This document shows positions 8,636 through 18,435 of a DNA stretch of 64,000 nucleotides, piece by piece. Made by a program: the position numbers and the translations under genes. The stretch lies in contig CBDDIJ010000003.1 of the NCBI GenBank assembly GCA_965228855.1, positions 3,520,001-3,584,000 of the forward strand. The letters run 5' to 3'. The stretch is from Candidatus Obscuribacterales bacterium (GTDB lineage Bacteria; Cyanobacteriota; Vampirovibrionia; Obscuribacterales; Obscuribacteraceae). How positions within the stretch are numbered: the stretch's first letter is position 1; each line of letters begins with the position of its first letter. Under the pieces are notes generated by a model that saw nothing but the letters and a program-made list of their open reading frames with translations, was not told where the DNA came from and did not search any database.

Positions 8636-11600
8636 CTATTCCGGCATCTTATAAGCTTTCGGATTCGGGCGGAGCGGCCGGAGGAGCCACCAGGGGCGTC
8701 TCATGCCGTCAGGTCCAGGAGCCGGACGAGTAATCTGAAGCCAGCGCTTGTAGACCTCATGGGATTTATTGATGTCGGCGAAGACGTCACCGTATTGATC
8801 TCCGTTCTTCGGCTTGACCACCCGCACCTTCTGGTGCCAGCAATGCATACCGGAAATCGGATCGGGCTGCACCGGGAAGGTCAGGTTCTGATGAACACCG
8901 GCGTCGTTCCACCAAACACGCATACTATCGGCGTCACTCGATTCAAATGGTGTCACGCCCTTTTTCTGACGCATCAAATACTGACCCGGACCGGTTTCCG
9001 ACATATCTACGAGGCTCGAACACCAGCGGTCAGTACCTTGGTCCTCTCCCAGGCGCCATCGACCCATATGGTGAGAACACGCCACTACATTTGGTGCAAT
9101 ACTTTCAGTCACCCAGGCTTTGGTGATGAAGTATCCGATTTCCGTTTCAACCCGCACCAGATCTCCGGTGGTTAAACCAATTTTGGCCGCTTCGACCGGG
9201 TTTATCCAGAGCGGGTTAGAGTGCGCGATTTCGTTCAACCACTTAGCGTTGCCACTGCGCGTGTGTATTAACACAGGCAGCCGAAAAGTAGGAATAAGGA
9301 CGTAGCCGAAGTCGCCATTGTGCTTGTTTCCGCCCTCGTCGATGTCGTTGACGATCCCGGCACGTTCAACGTGACTGCGAGTGATGCTGGGTCGGGCGTA
9401 TTCACTCCACCCCCAATCAGCAAGGGTCTTCGAGAAGATCTCTAACTTCCCGGATGGCGTTGGAAAACCTCTGTGCGCGACGCCGTCGATCTCGATGCCG
9501 ATCAATTTACGACCTTTGTCATCGCCTGGTTGAGGAACGGGCACCATGTTAACCGAGCTCACTTTGGTCTTGTCCTTGTAAATTCGTCCCGTGGACTTTT
9601 CTACCTCGGATTCGAACAAATCTGTCTCGGTCAGCTTCTCTTCATGACACTCGTACACTTGCGACTGCACTTCGAAAGAGCCGTAGCGCCGCATATATTC
9701 GAGTGGTTCCATACCTTTGGATTGCGCGGTTTCTTTTAAACCCGGCACACTGTTTTCAAATATCCAGCGGTAGTACTCGTCTACGGTCACCTTCTCCCCA
9801 GGGCGGTAGGGAGACTCAAAATGCTTCCTGATTCCAAGCGTTCCATCATGGTCGATGCGCCAGGAAAGCTCGATCCAAAACTCATTCTCTTCCCAGACCT
9901 CTCCCGGATTAGCACCAAGTGTGGTGCCGGCAGCTGCGCCCATTCTTTCTTTGGCGACTTTGAGGACCGGCTGCCTGAAGCCGATCCAGGTTGCGGCCTG
10001 AGTTTCATAACTGTGCAAGTCATGACGCTCCGGTCCTAACCCCATAGGCAGAACGTAATCGGCAAACCAGGCGGTTTCGCTCCAAACGGGAGTTAGCGCG
10101 CAATGAACTCCGACCTTCGATTCGTCTTTGAGAACATCAATCCAGGTCAAACCGTCAGGGTTGGTCCAGACTGGATTGTATACGCGAGTAAAATACGTAT
10201 CCAGAGTGTTTCTGCCCTCCTTCAGCAAATGCGGAAGCAAGAAACTCATCTCAAAAAATGCAAGCGGAAACTCTTTTGGCCAGGTAATTTCATTCCAGTG
10301 CTCGGGATGCGCAGGCATGGTCATCGGTTTCGGTACAAATTTGTTCCAGGCGTTTGGAGATGTGCCACCAGGCGTAGCAATCGAGCCTGTTAAAACGTTC
10401 AAGAAAAACAAACAGCGTGCCGTCTGCCAGCCACCCAAATTGCCTGCACATGAGGCTCTCCAGGTGTGTGTAGAGAACGCCGTGCCGGCTCGGGCAATTT
10501 CATTTGCAATGTCGAATATGGCTTGAGCCTTCACGCCCGATTCTTGCTCAGCTAACTCGGGAGTGTACTTGCTGTAATGCTTTTCCAGCTCGTCCAGGAA
10601 GTTTTCAAAAGTACAATCGACTCCGGGGCTGTACTCCGCGAGATAGTCTTCCCAATTAACCCATTTTCGAATGAAGTCTTTGTTGATTCGCCGCGTGGAA
10701 ATCAGCTGATATGCTATCGCAAGCAACATAGCGGGCTCACCACCCGGATAGGAAGGCAGCCAGTAATCCGCGTGTGATGCGGTGTTTGAAAGACGAGGAT
10801 CGACCACCGCAATTTTGGCGCCTTTCATTTTAGCTTCAATGATGCGCTGGGCATGCGGGTTGAAATAGTGTCCGGATTCGAGGTGGGCGCTTACCAGCAA
10901 AATAAACTTTGCGTTTGCATGGTCTGGACTGGGACGGTCGATTCCCATCCAAAATGCGTATCCAGCCCTGGCACTCGCAGAGCAAATATTTGTATGACTG
11001 TTGTGTCCATCGACCCCCCATGAGGCAAGAACACGCTCGGTAAAAACATCTTCGCCCGGTCTGCCGACGTGATACATGACTTGATCGCGGCGGTCTTCCA
11101 GAATCGCTTTTCGAATGCGAGCGGCGAGCACATCGACGACTTCATCCCAGGAGGTCCGCTCCCACTGTCCGCTTCCACGCGGTCCTTTCCGTTTCAACGG
11201 ATACAAAATTCGTTCAGGATCGTGCACTTGATTAACAGTCGCCGGTCCCTTAGCGCAATTCCGACCTCGAGAACCGGGATGTTCCGGGTTGCCTTCAAAC
11301 TTGCGAATATGGTGCGTCTTTTTATCAACGTAAGCCAGCAATCCACAAGCCGCTTCGCAGTTGAAGCAAACGGTTGGAACCAGCATGTAATTTTTGGCTA
11401 CCTTTTTCGGCCAGGCCTTCGGATCCCACTCTTGCCAGTCGTCCCATTTTTCCATGGGAGGAAACAGCGCGAGCTCTCCAACCCTGCGCTCGCCGGTACC
11501 TCGACTGGAGCCGGAAGAAACTTCCGAAACTTCTGGAACTTGTGAAACTTCGGCAACTGTTGAAGATCGACGTTTGGCAACACTGGAAACCGTCATGCCA

Positions 11601-11794
11601 TCAGATGCGATACCATCATCGAGATTCTTTTGTAAAACCTGATTATCGTCAACGCAATTCTTGCATCCGAAACGACTGTCTACGGAACCGCCCGCGGTGC
11701 CATCCGCCATCGCAAAGTCCCTTGAAAAGCCAATTTTCTTAACAAGACCAGCCAGCCAGGAACCTATTGCATTTGGCTTTTTCTCAAAATTCAT
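8636..11794 (-). CDS. Mo/W-bisPGD oxidoreductase catalytic subunit (DMSO reductase/MopB superfamily)
   Basis: CFNCEAAC...NCAKG FS0 [4Fe-4S] motif, HTNICSAS probable Cys ligand, SETAWFADYVLP, IHTRSGN; GAGAGG RBS. Confidence 0.93.
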   Translation of the reverse strand: MNFEKKPNAIGSWLAGLVKKIGFSRDFAMADGTAGGSVDSRFGCKNCVDDNQVLQKNLDDGIASDGMTVSSVAKRRSSTVAEVSQVPEVSEVSSGSSRGTGERRVGELALFPPMEKWDDWQEWDPKAWPKKVAKNYMLVPTVCFNCEAACGLLAYVDKKTHHIRKFEGNPEHPGSRGRNCAKGPATVNQVHDPERILYPLKRKGPRGSGQWERTSWDEVVDVLAARIRKAILEDRRDQVMYHVGRPGEDVFTERVLASWGVDGHNSHTNICSASARAGYAFWMGIDRPSPDHANAKFILLVSAHLESGHYFNPHAQRIIEAKMKGAKIAVVDPRLSNTASHADYWLPSYPGGEPAMLLAIAYQLISTRRINKDFIRKWVNWEDYLAEYSPGVDCTFENFLDELEKHYSKYTPELAEQESGVKAQAIFDIANEIARAGTAFSTHTWRASCAGNLGGWQTARCLFFLNVLTGSIATPGGTSPNAWNKFVPKPMTMPAHPEHWNEITWPKEFPLAFFEMSFLLPHLLKEGRNTLDTYFTRVYNPVWTNPDGLTWIDVLKDESKVGVHCALTPVWSETAWFADYVLPMGLGPERHDLHSYETQAATWIGFRQPVLKVAKERMGAAAGTTLGANPGEVWEENEFWIELSWRIDHDGTLGIRKHFESPYRPGEKVTVDEYYRWIFENSVPGLKETAQSKGMEPLEYMRRYGSFEVQSQVYECHEEKLTETDLFESEVEKSTGRIYKDKTKVSSVNMVPVPQPGDDKGRKLIGIEIDGVAHRGFPTPSGKLEIFSKTLADWGWSEYARPSITRSHVERAGIVNDIDEGGNKHNGDFGYVLIPTFRLPVLIHTRSGNAKWLNEIAHSNPLWINPVEAAKIGLTTGDLVRVETEIGYFITKAWVTESIAPNVVACSHHMGRWRLGEDQGTDRWCSSLVDMSETGPGQYLMRQKKGVTPFESSDADSMRVWWNDAGVHQNLTFPVQPDPISGMHCWHQKVRVVKPKNGDQYGDVFADINKSHEVYKRWLQITRPAPGPDGMRRPWWLLRPLRPNPKAYKMPE

Positions 11795-11816
11795 AAACGC
11801 CTCTCACGCAGATTCG

Positions 11817-13403
11817 CTAACTCAATCTAACCGACTGACCAGCCATAACAAAACAATGCTCATATGCCAGCAGTCCAAACAACCCAAGGAACGCCACAAT
11901 CATGTCAACGGAGTAGGATGGCGCCGCAAATCCGGTCACAAGAAGCAGCGTCAGAGGTATTACAGAACCGAGGACAATATTGCCCCACCAGAAAACTTTG
12001 CTATAAGGTCCCTTCACCATCATATCGACTGCGCGCTGTTTGGCTTTTGAGCTGTGTTCGGTCAACACCTCACCACCAATGGCGAGGATTAGATGCAATA
12101 CAATCGCCCCGACAATTGTTGGTCGAGCAAAATCAGCAATCGCATCAAGATTGCCCATCAGAGCGGCAGCGGGAATGCTTACACAGGCTCCGGCTAAAAC
12201 CGCTTGCTGCAAAAGGTGCAGGGGCAAAGCCGGACTTTGCCACATATCCCGGGCTTTCGCCTGGGCAAAGAGAAAGGCGGTGTAAACCGCTGTCATCACA
12301 GCTAGTGGCATCGTTATTTGATACAACCAGGGAGAAACTTGCATGCCGAAACCGAACACGAAGGCGCCAAGAATTGCGGCGAGCAAAACAGAGTAACCCA
12401 AAATGATGTAGCTGCCGATAGCAAGCCATGATTTCCATTGCGGTCTGGCGATGATGTACCAGAATCGCTCCGGTCTATCCAGGTCGGCGATCAGGAGAAT
12501 ACCGGTAACGGCGAGGTAGATAAACGAAATTGCGGGGGCTCCCCACACCAGCCATAGTGGCATCGGTCCGGGCACGAATCCGAATTGAATTGAACTCCAA
12601 AACATCCAGGCAAACAAGAATGCGCCGGAAGAAATCGACTTCGTCCACAAGTAGAGGCTTACGTACTGCGCCCACGGAATATCATGGTGAACATCATAAG
12701 CGACTCTGGCACCAGTTACGGTATTAAGCGCCGATGAAAGCGATATTCCGGAAGGAATATTTTTATCGAGATGCGCGCCGTGTTTCTCTTCCCGCTGGTT
12801 TGACCACATATAAAGTCCAGACTCATCGTATGTCTGAACATCAGGATTTAAAACAGCCTCGTCCGCACCGATATAAAAGCACTTGGGATCGGTATTCTTT
12901 TCAGGTTTGCGGACTTGAGTTTTTTCGCGGCCGATCAATTGGTTTACTTTTGAAAGAGGATCTTCGAGATCGCCGAATATAAGCGCTTCCTCCGGACAAA
13001 CCACGACGCAAGCCGGCTCTAAGCCGACATCGAGACGGTGAGCACAAAAATTGCATTTGGCTGCCGTGTGGCTTTCCGGGTCGATATAGATGGCGTCATA
13101 AGGGCAAGCCGCAATACACGCCTTGCATCCGATACAGGCGTCCTTGTCAAACTCGACGATTCCGTCCGGCCGTTGAAACATGGCTGTGGTCGGACAGATG
13201 TGAACACAGGGTGGATTGGCGCAATGATTGCAACGCAACACGCCAAAATGGCGCTGGGAGTTTGGGAAATCGCCTTTCTCCACATACTTGACCCACGTTC
13301 GGTCAACGGACAACGGCACTTCATTTTCTGACTTGCAGGCGGTCGTGCACGCATGACAACCGATGCACTTACGTTGGTCGATTACCCAGGTGAAATTTGC
13401 CAT
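11817..13403 (-). CDS. Fused four-cluster ferredoxin (NrfC/PsrB-like) and NrfD/PsrC membrane anchor
   Basis: CIGCHAC, CNHCANPPC, CIGCKAC and CNFC motifs, then DLDRPERF and about 8 TM helices. Confidence 0.92.
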   Translation of the reverse strand: MANFTWVIDQRKCIGCHACTTACKSENEVPLSVDRTWVKYVEKGDFPNSQRHFGVLRCNHCANPPCVHICPTTAMFQRPDGIVEFDKDACIGCKACIAACPYDAIYIDPESHTAAKCNFCAHRLDVGLEPACVVVCPEEALIFGDLEDPLSKVNQLIGREKTQVRKPEKNTDPKCFYIGADEAVLNPDVQTYDESGLYMWSNQREEKHGAHLDKNIPSGISLSSALNTVTGARVAYDVHHDIPWAQYVSLYLWTKSISSGAFLFAWMFWSSIQFGFVPGPMPLWLVWGAPAISFIYLAVTGILLIADLDRPERFWYIIARPQWKSWLAIGSYIILGYSVLLAAILGAFVFGFGMQVSPWLYQITMPLAVMTAVYTAFLFAQAKARDMWQSPALPLHLLQQAVLAGACVSIPAAALMGNLDAIADFARPTIVGAIVLHLILAIGGEVLTEHSSKAKQRAVDMMVKGPYSKVFWWGNIVLGSVIPLTLLLVTGFAAPSYSVDMIVAFLGLFGLLAYEHCFVMAGQSVRLS

Positions 13404-13526
13404 TACCGCCTTGCCCGTCAGATGTTGCCTGACGGCTATCGTGAGGATTAACAACCGTCAAAGATAGCTTAAATCAGTGCGAAATTACACCCTCTAGCGT
13501 CGTCAAATTTGGCAACCAAAGTTCAT

Positions 13527-13562
13527 AACAAAATAAAGAGCGGGCACTTGTGATGCCCGCTC
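13527..13562 (-). terminator. Rho-independent terminator after 13630..13947
   Basis: GAGCGGGCA/TGCCCGCTC stem with a T-rich tail on the minus strand. Confidence 0.75.
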
Positions 13563-13629
13563 CATCCATAAGAGTGATAGTTTGCCCAATTCAAGTTGCC
13601 ATCGAGCTTTCGCCCTCTGACGACCTCTC

Positions 13630-13947
13630 CTATACCATCGCTCTCTCGATGTCACGAATGTCCATTCTTGTCTTTTGAAGGTCCTGGGAGTTGTATTCCA
13701 GTTCCTTCTTAAGGCGGTCCAGCGTGGAGTTATATTGTTGATTATCGTTGCGACGGCTGAGGTCATCGGTAAGACGGTACAGATTGTCGCGACTTTTCAA
13801 CAGGTCATTTTCTTTAGAGACCAGGGTGTCTCTGCGATTCTTGAGACTGTTGTACACAGCAGGGTCAACAGCCGCCATTGCTGGGGATTGAAGAAGAATC
13901 AAACCACCCAAAACGATTGTTATTGTTGCTTTTACGAGATTATTCAT
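13630..13947 (-). CDS. Small secreted coiled-coil protein
   Basis: GGAGGAAAGGA RBS; signal peptide ending AMA-A; heptad-rich mature region. Confidence 0.75.
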   Translation of the reverse strand: MNNLVKATITIVLGGLILLQSPAMAAVDPAVYNSLKNRRDTLVSKENDLLKSRDNLYRLTDDLSRRNDNQQYNSTLDRLKKELEYNSQDLQKTRMDIRDIERAMV

Positions 13948-14004
13948 AGTTCCTTTCCTCCGTCGGGTGTCTCTTCCCTCAGGTATGCACACAGAATAAC
14001 GATT

Positions 14005-14054
14005 AAATTGGCATTGCAGAAGTGCCACTTTTGTGTTGTAATACCAGTCCACTT
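14005..14054. promoter_or_regulatory. Candidate MocR/GabR-family operator
   Basis: Direct repeats CCACTT at 14025 and 14049 plus imperfect inverted AATTGG at 14006, in the divergent region upstream of the MocR gene. Confidence 0.55.
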
Positions 14055-14084
14055 CATAATCGGTTCCCAACAGGTGGGGCTTTC

Positions 14085-15620
14085 ATGGATTTCCCAATCA
14101 ATATAAGTTCGACGTCGGATGTTCCCCTGCACCGACAAATCTATGAGGAACTCCGTCGGGCAATCCTTTCAGGACGCCTTGCCCGGGGAAAACGTGTGCC
14201 CTCCACCCGCGAGATGTCCAAATCCGTCGGCGTTGCGCGCGCCACGGTCAGCATGGCTTACGATTATCTTCTCAGCGAAGGATATTTCGAGGCTTATCGC
14301 GGTTCAGGCACTTATGTTTCACGTCAACTGCCTGATGAACTGCTGGAGACAACAGACGATATAGACGATCTCGTCGAGCAACTACCGGAGAGAAGCACGT
14401 TAAAAACGCGCCCACGCCAGCTTTCGCAATACGGACAAACACTTCAATCAAAAGATTGGCTCGGATATCCGGACGAGGAGCCGGAAATTCAGTTCACGTT
14501 CGGTCGCCCCGACCTTGACGAGTTCCCTGCACGAGTCTGGAGCCAGCTGCTCACACGACATTGTCGCTCCCGTCAATTGTGGCTTCTGGACTGCCCGACC
14601 AAAGCTCGCGGTTATACACCGCTGCGCAACGCCATAGCCGATTATTTGGCCAAAGCCAGGGCAGTTATTTGCGACCCGGATCAAATCATAATCGTAAACG
14701 GCTCGCAGCAAGCACTCGATCTGGTCACGCGCGTGCTCGTAGATCCGGGCGACATCGTTGGTATTGAAGAACCTGGTTACATAGGCGCACAGAAAGCTTT
14801 TCACGCGCAAGGAGCAAAGTTATCACCGGTCTTTGTCGACAGTAACGGCGTGCGCGTCGACTTTCTTAAGTCGCGTTACGACATCTCCACTCCTGACGAC
14901 ATGAAGCTCCTGTACGTCACGCCATCTCACCAGTACCCGACTGGGGTTTCGCTGTCTCTGGGAAGGCGCCTGGATTTGCTTGCCTGGGCCAGTCGCACGG
15001 GCACCATTATTATTGAAGACGATTACGACTCGGAATACAGATATAAAGGAAAACCGATTCCCGCCCTTGCTGGTATCGACAGTGGTGCCTCGGTAATTTA
15101 CATAGGAACGTTCTCAAAAGTATTATTGCCGGCCCTTCGTCTAGGTTATCTTGTTGTACCGAAAGACCTCATCGACGTTTTTGCAAGAGCAAAGTGGCTG
15201 AACGACCGGCACTCCTCTTTGATTCAACAACAAGTGCTCTCTGATTTCATCACCGAAGGTCATATGGAGAGGCACATCAGACGCATGCGAGCGCTGTATG
15301 GAGAGCGCCGTTTACTCATGATTGAAGCGCTCAAGGGTCTGTTCGGTAGCGATGTCACCATATACGGTGAAAACGCCGGCATCAATATGCTGGTTCGATT
15401 CAACACAGACATTCCGGATGACGAACTCGTGATTCGAGCTCGCAATCTGGGTGTCGGCATATCAAGCACACGATATATGTACCTCGGCGACGCGCCCCAT
15501 GGAGAATATCTCTTGAATTATGGCGGTCTGAAAGACCAGGAAATTATCGAAGGATTGACAAGACTGCGCGCCGCTATGGACCGCCAGGAAACTCTTCTAC
15601 CGGTTGAGGCTCAAGATTGA
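14085..15620 (+). CDS. MocR/GabR family transcriptional regulator (GntR HTH + PLP aminotransferase-like domain)
   Basis: PLHRQIYEELRRAIL...PSTRE HTH; TPSHQYPTG, EDDYDSE, GTFSK. Confidence 0.95.
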   Translation: MDFPINISSTSDVPLHRQIYEELRRAILSGRLARGKRVPSTREMSKSVGVARATVSMAYDYLLSEGYFEAYRGSGTYVSRQLPDELLETTDDIDDLVEQLPERSTLKTRPRQLSQYGQTLQSKDWLGYPDEEPEIQFTFGRPDLDEFPARVWSQLLTRHCRSRQLWLLDCPTKARGYTPLRNAIADYLAKARAVICDPDQIIIVNGSQQALDLVTRVLVDPGDIVGIEEPGYIGAQKAFHAQGAKLSPVFVDSNGVRVDFLKSRYDISTPDDMKLLYVTPSHQYPTGVSLSLGRRLDLLAWASRTGTIIIEDDYDSEYRYKGKPIPALAGIDSGASVIYIGTFSKVLLPALRLGYLVVPKDLIDVFARAKWLNDRHSSLIQQQVLSDFITEGHMERHIRRMRALYGERRLLMIEALKGLFGSDVTIYGENAGINMLVRFNTDIPDDELVIRARNLGVGISSTRYMYLGDAPHGEYLLNYGGLKDQEIIEGLTRLRAAMDRQETLLPVEAQD

Positions 15621-15991
15621 TCGCGAATCGCGCTACTCCAGACCCAAAAGATAAACAGCGGTTGAAACAAGAGACGCACGTAAAGAGCGACAGCCGGAAA
15701 TTGCGGAAACGCTTCCGGGTGTATCGCCATGTGAATGTTAACCGGGAAAACGGCGACCAATAGAGCGATTAGACCGTAACCGGCAAACTTACGAGCGGCG
15801 TGGACCTGCACTCCAATGCCACCCAGTATTTCGAATACACCACTTATGAAAACCATTTCGAGAGGAAAAGGTATGTAAGGCGGCATCGCACGCAAAAACC
15901 ACTCGGGATGAACGAAGTGCATCACTCCAGCAAACACGAAGAAGCAGGTGAGAGCCCAATTTGAAAACTTTCGAAGGAGTGATTGCGACAT
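15611..15991 (-). CDS. DoxX-like small membrane protein
   Basis: AGVMHF...MPPYIP...SGVFEI...AVFPVNIHMA pattern; 4 TM. Confidence 0.85.
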   Translation of the reverse strand: MSQSLLRKFSNWALTCFFVFAGVMHFVHPEWFLRAMPPYIPFPLEMVFISGVFEILGGIGVQVHAARKFAGYGLIALLVAVFPVNIHMAIHPEAFPQFPAVALYVRLLFQPLFIFWVWSSAIRDQS

Positions 15992-16080
15992 TTTGTTCGT
16001 TTGGTGAGTAAATGGAATCTACTTTACATTGAATGCGATACCATTGCATAAATTCAGAAAATCAACCGAGGAACAATGAT

Positions 16081-17151
16081 ATGTTCGCCAACCTCCCGAC
16101 GTTCTCTAAGTCAGGTTTCAACGCTCAAAAACGAACATCCTTGAAAGGCAAAACTCAACTTGCTCTAATTGCTATAGCAGTTGCGGGCACATTTGCGACA
16201 ACTCTTGAGTGCCCGGTCCTGGCAAAAGGCACAAGCGATCTCGCGTCATGGAACGACGGGCCGACCAAAGAATCAATTGTTCAATTCGTTAAGTCCGTCA
16301 CCGATAAAAAGAGCGCAGACTTCGTCGAACAGGAAAAACGAATTGCCGTTTTCGATAATGATGGAACTCTCTGGTGCGAGCAGCCAATTTATCCGCAAGT
16401 AGAATTCATCATTGGATGCGCGAAAGAATACGCCGAAAAACATCCTGAAGTTCAAGAAGATCCACTCTTTAAGGCAGCAGTTCAGGGAGATATGGCGACG
16501 CTCGCGAAAGCTGGTCCCAGAGGTTCGCAGACGCTGGTAAACACCACCCACAACGGCACGCCCGTAGAACAATTCTCTGATGTCGTGTCAAAATGGCTTT
16601 CAGAACATAAACATCCACGTTTCAACGAACCCTACACAAGTTGCGTTTACAAGCCGATGTTGGAATTGCTGGCGTATTTGAAGAAGAACGGTTTCACAAA
16701 TTACATAGTGTCCGGCGGCGGCACTGAGTTCATGCGGCCCTGGACAGAGAAAATTTATGACGTTCCGCCGGAACATGTAATCGGAAGCACATGCAAATTA
16801 TCATTCAGCAACGCTGACGGAAAGCCCGTAATCAAAAGAACTACGGAGATTGACTTTCTCTGTGACTCGGAACGAAAACCGATCGCAATTGAAAAAATAA
16901 TCGGGCGACGGCCTATAGCTGCGTTCGGAAATTCCAACGGCGATATGCAGATGTTACAGTGGACGACAGCTGGCAGCGGCAAGCGGTTTGGACTGATCGT
17001 TCATCATACTGATGCAGAGCGAGAGTATGCTTACGATCGCGATTCCAAAATTGGTCGACTCGATAAGGCGCTAGACGAAGCAACAAAACAACACTGGACA
17101 GTCGTGGATATGAAAAACGATTGGAAGCAGATATTCTCGTTTCAAAAATAA
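16081..17151 (+). CDS. Secreted HAD-superfamily hydrolase (acid phosphatase-like)
   Basis: FDNDGTLWCEQP motif I, IVSGGG, AAFGNSNGD; N-terminal signal-like segment. Confidence 0.9.
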   Translation: MFANLPTFSKSGFNAQKRTSLKGKTQLALIAIAVAGTFATTLECPVLAKGTSDLASWNDGPTKESIVQFVKSVTDKKSADFVEQEKRIAVFDNDGTLWCEQPIYPQVEFIIGCAKEYAEKHPEVQEDPLFKAAVQGDMATLAKAGPRGSQTLVNTTHNGTPVEQFSDVVSKWLSEHKHPRFNEPYTSCVYKPMLELLAYLKKNGFTNYIVSGGGTEFMRPWTEKIYDVPPEHVIGSTCKLSFSNADGKPVIKRTTEIDFLCDSERKPIAIEKIIGRRPIAAFGNSNGDMQMLQWTTAGSGKRFGLIVHHTDAEREYAYDRDSKIGRLDKALDEATKQHWTVVDMKNDWKQIFSFQK

Positions 17152-17173
17152 GTTGTCCCTTTATCCAAAGCGC

Positions 17174-17200
17174 GGAACAAATCGAACACCTCATTCATCT
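17174..17200 (+). promoter_or_regulatory. Candidate ECF-sigma promoter GGAAC-N18-ATCT
   Basis: About 140 nt upstream of the ligD polymerase start. Confidence 0.4.
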
Positions 17201-17338
17201 CGTAAACGTCGGTCAGACACAGCACCGGTTATGGAGATTTGAACTGCTGCAGTGATTGATCCGCGGTTCGCGGGAACACAAGTTACGAACTAACAAGAAA
17301 CTCATTGATAAAATCAACATGGAGTTAGCGAGTCACCA

Positions 17339-18424
17339 ATGGCACAGCGCAAAACAAAAACAAAAGAGCTTGATGCGCTTCTCGACGCAATCGACGCCGC
17401 CGGGAATGCCGAAGAGTTCGAGGTCGAAGGACATAAGATCGCAGTCTCAAATCTGAACAAAGTTTTGTGGCCGGGGACTGCCGACCATGAGCCTGTAACC
17501 AAGCGCGATTACATCAGATATCTCGTGCAGGTCTCGGAGTATCTGCTTCCCCACCTCAAAGATCGTCCGCTCACCCTGATCCGTTATCCGAACGGCGTCG
17601 AAGGCAAGAAGTTTTTCCAGAAGCACTGGGAGCACAAGAAACCTGAATTCGTGGACACCATCATGTTGTATTCAGAGCACAGTAAGTCCGACGGGGAGTT
17701 CATCACTTGCAGTAACGTTGCAACATTAGTTTGGCTGGGACAGCTGGCCGATCTTGAACTTCACACCACTCATACTCGAACAAATCCGGAACCGGATGGT
17801 AAAAAACTGGGAACCACTTTCACCGGGAGCGTCGCAAACATCGATAGCTCCCTCATGAATTACCCGGATTTTGTCGTACTGGACCTTGATCCATACATGT
17901 ATAGCGGAAAGGAAAAGAAGGGAGAAGAGCCGGAGTTGCACAAAGAAGGTTTTGAAAAGACCTGTGAAATTGCCGCAGCGTTAAAAGAGAACTTGGATAA
18001 ACTGAATGTGGAAGCGTTTGTCAAAACTTCCGGTCGAACCGGGCTGCACATCTACGTTCCAATAGTGCGAAATATTGAATACGATATGGTGAGGTCGATT
18101 GCTGAAGTAATTGGTCGACATCTTTTGAAGCAACACCCCAGAGAAGTCACTATGGAATGGTCGGTCAGTAAGCGTACTGGAAAAATATTTTTCGACCACA
18201 ACATGAACGGGCGGGGCAAAACACTTCCCTCTCCCTACTCTGCCCGAAACTCCGTCGAGGCGACCGTCTCGACACCTGTCGAGTGGAAGGAGCTGCCCAA
18301 AATCTATCCGACCGATTTCACAATCTGGAATGTGCCGAAGCGACTCGAGAAAAAGGGCGACATCTGGTCCGACATCCTCGAACACAAAAACAATATGGAA
18401 AAACTGAAAAAAACAACGGAGTGA
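17339..18424 (+). CDS. ligD: Stand-alone LigD polymerase/primase (AEP) domain protein
   Basis: SNLNKVLWP, RYPNG...FFQK, DLDP, KTSGRTGLHIYVP, PYSAR; no ligase or PE domain. Confidence 0.88.
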   Translation: MAQRKTKTKELDALLDAIDAAGNAEEFEVEGHKIAVSNLNKVLWPGTADHEPVTKRDYIRYLVQVSEYLLPHLKDRPLTLIRYPNGVEGKKFFQKHWEHKKPEFVDTIMLYSEHSKSDGEFITCSNVATLVWLGQLADLELHTTHTRTNPEPDGKKLGTTFTGSVANIDSSLMNYPDFVVLDLDPYMYSGKEKKGEEPELHKEGFEKTCEIAAALKENLDKLNVEAFVKTSGRTGLHIYVPIVRNIEYDMVRSIAEVIGRHLLKQHPREVTMEWSVSKRTGKIFFDHNMNGRGKTLPSPYSARNSVEATVSTPVEWKELPKIYPTDFTIWNVPKRLEKKGDIWSDILEHKNNMEKLKKTTE

Positions 18425-18435
18425 AACGAGAAAGC

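Noticed and set aside
11550..11600. Twin-arginine signal in the molybdoenzyme (AKRRSS)
   Set aside because: About 75 aa from the start, with no FLK-like consensus or hydrophobic region
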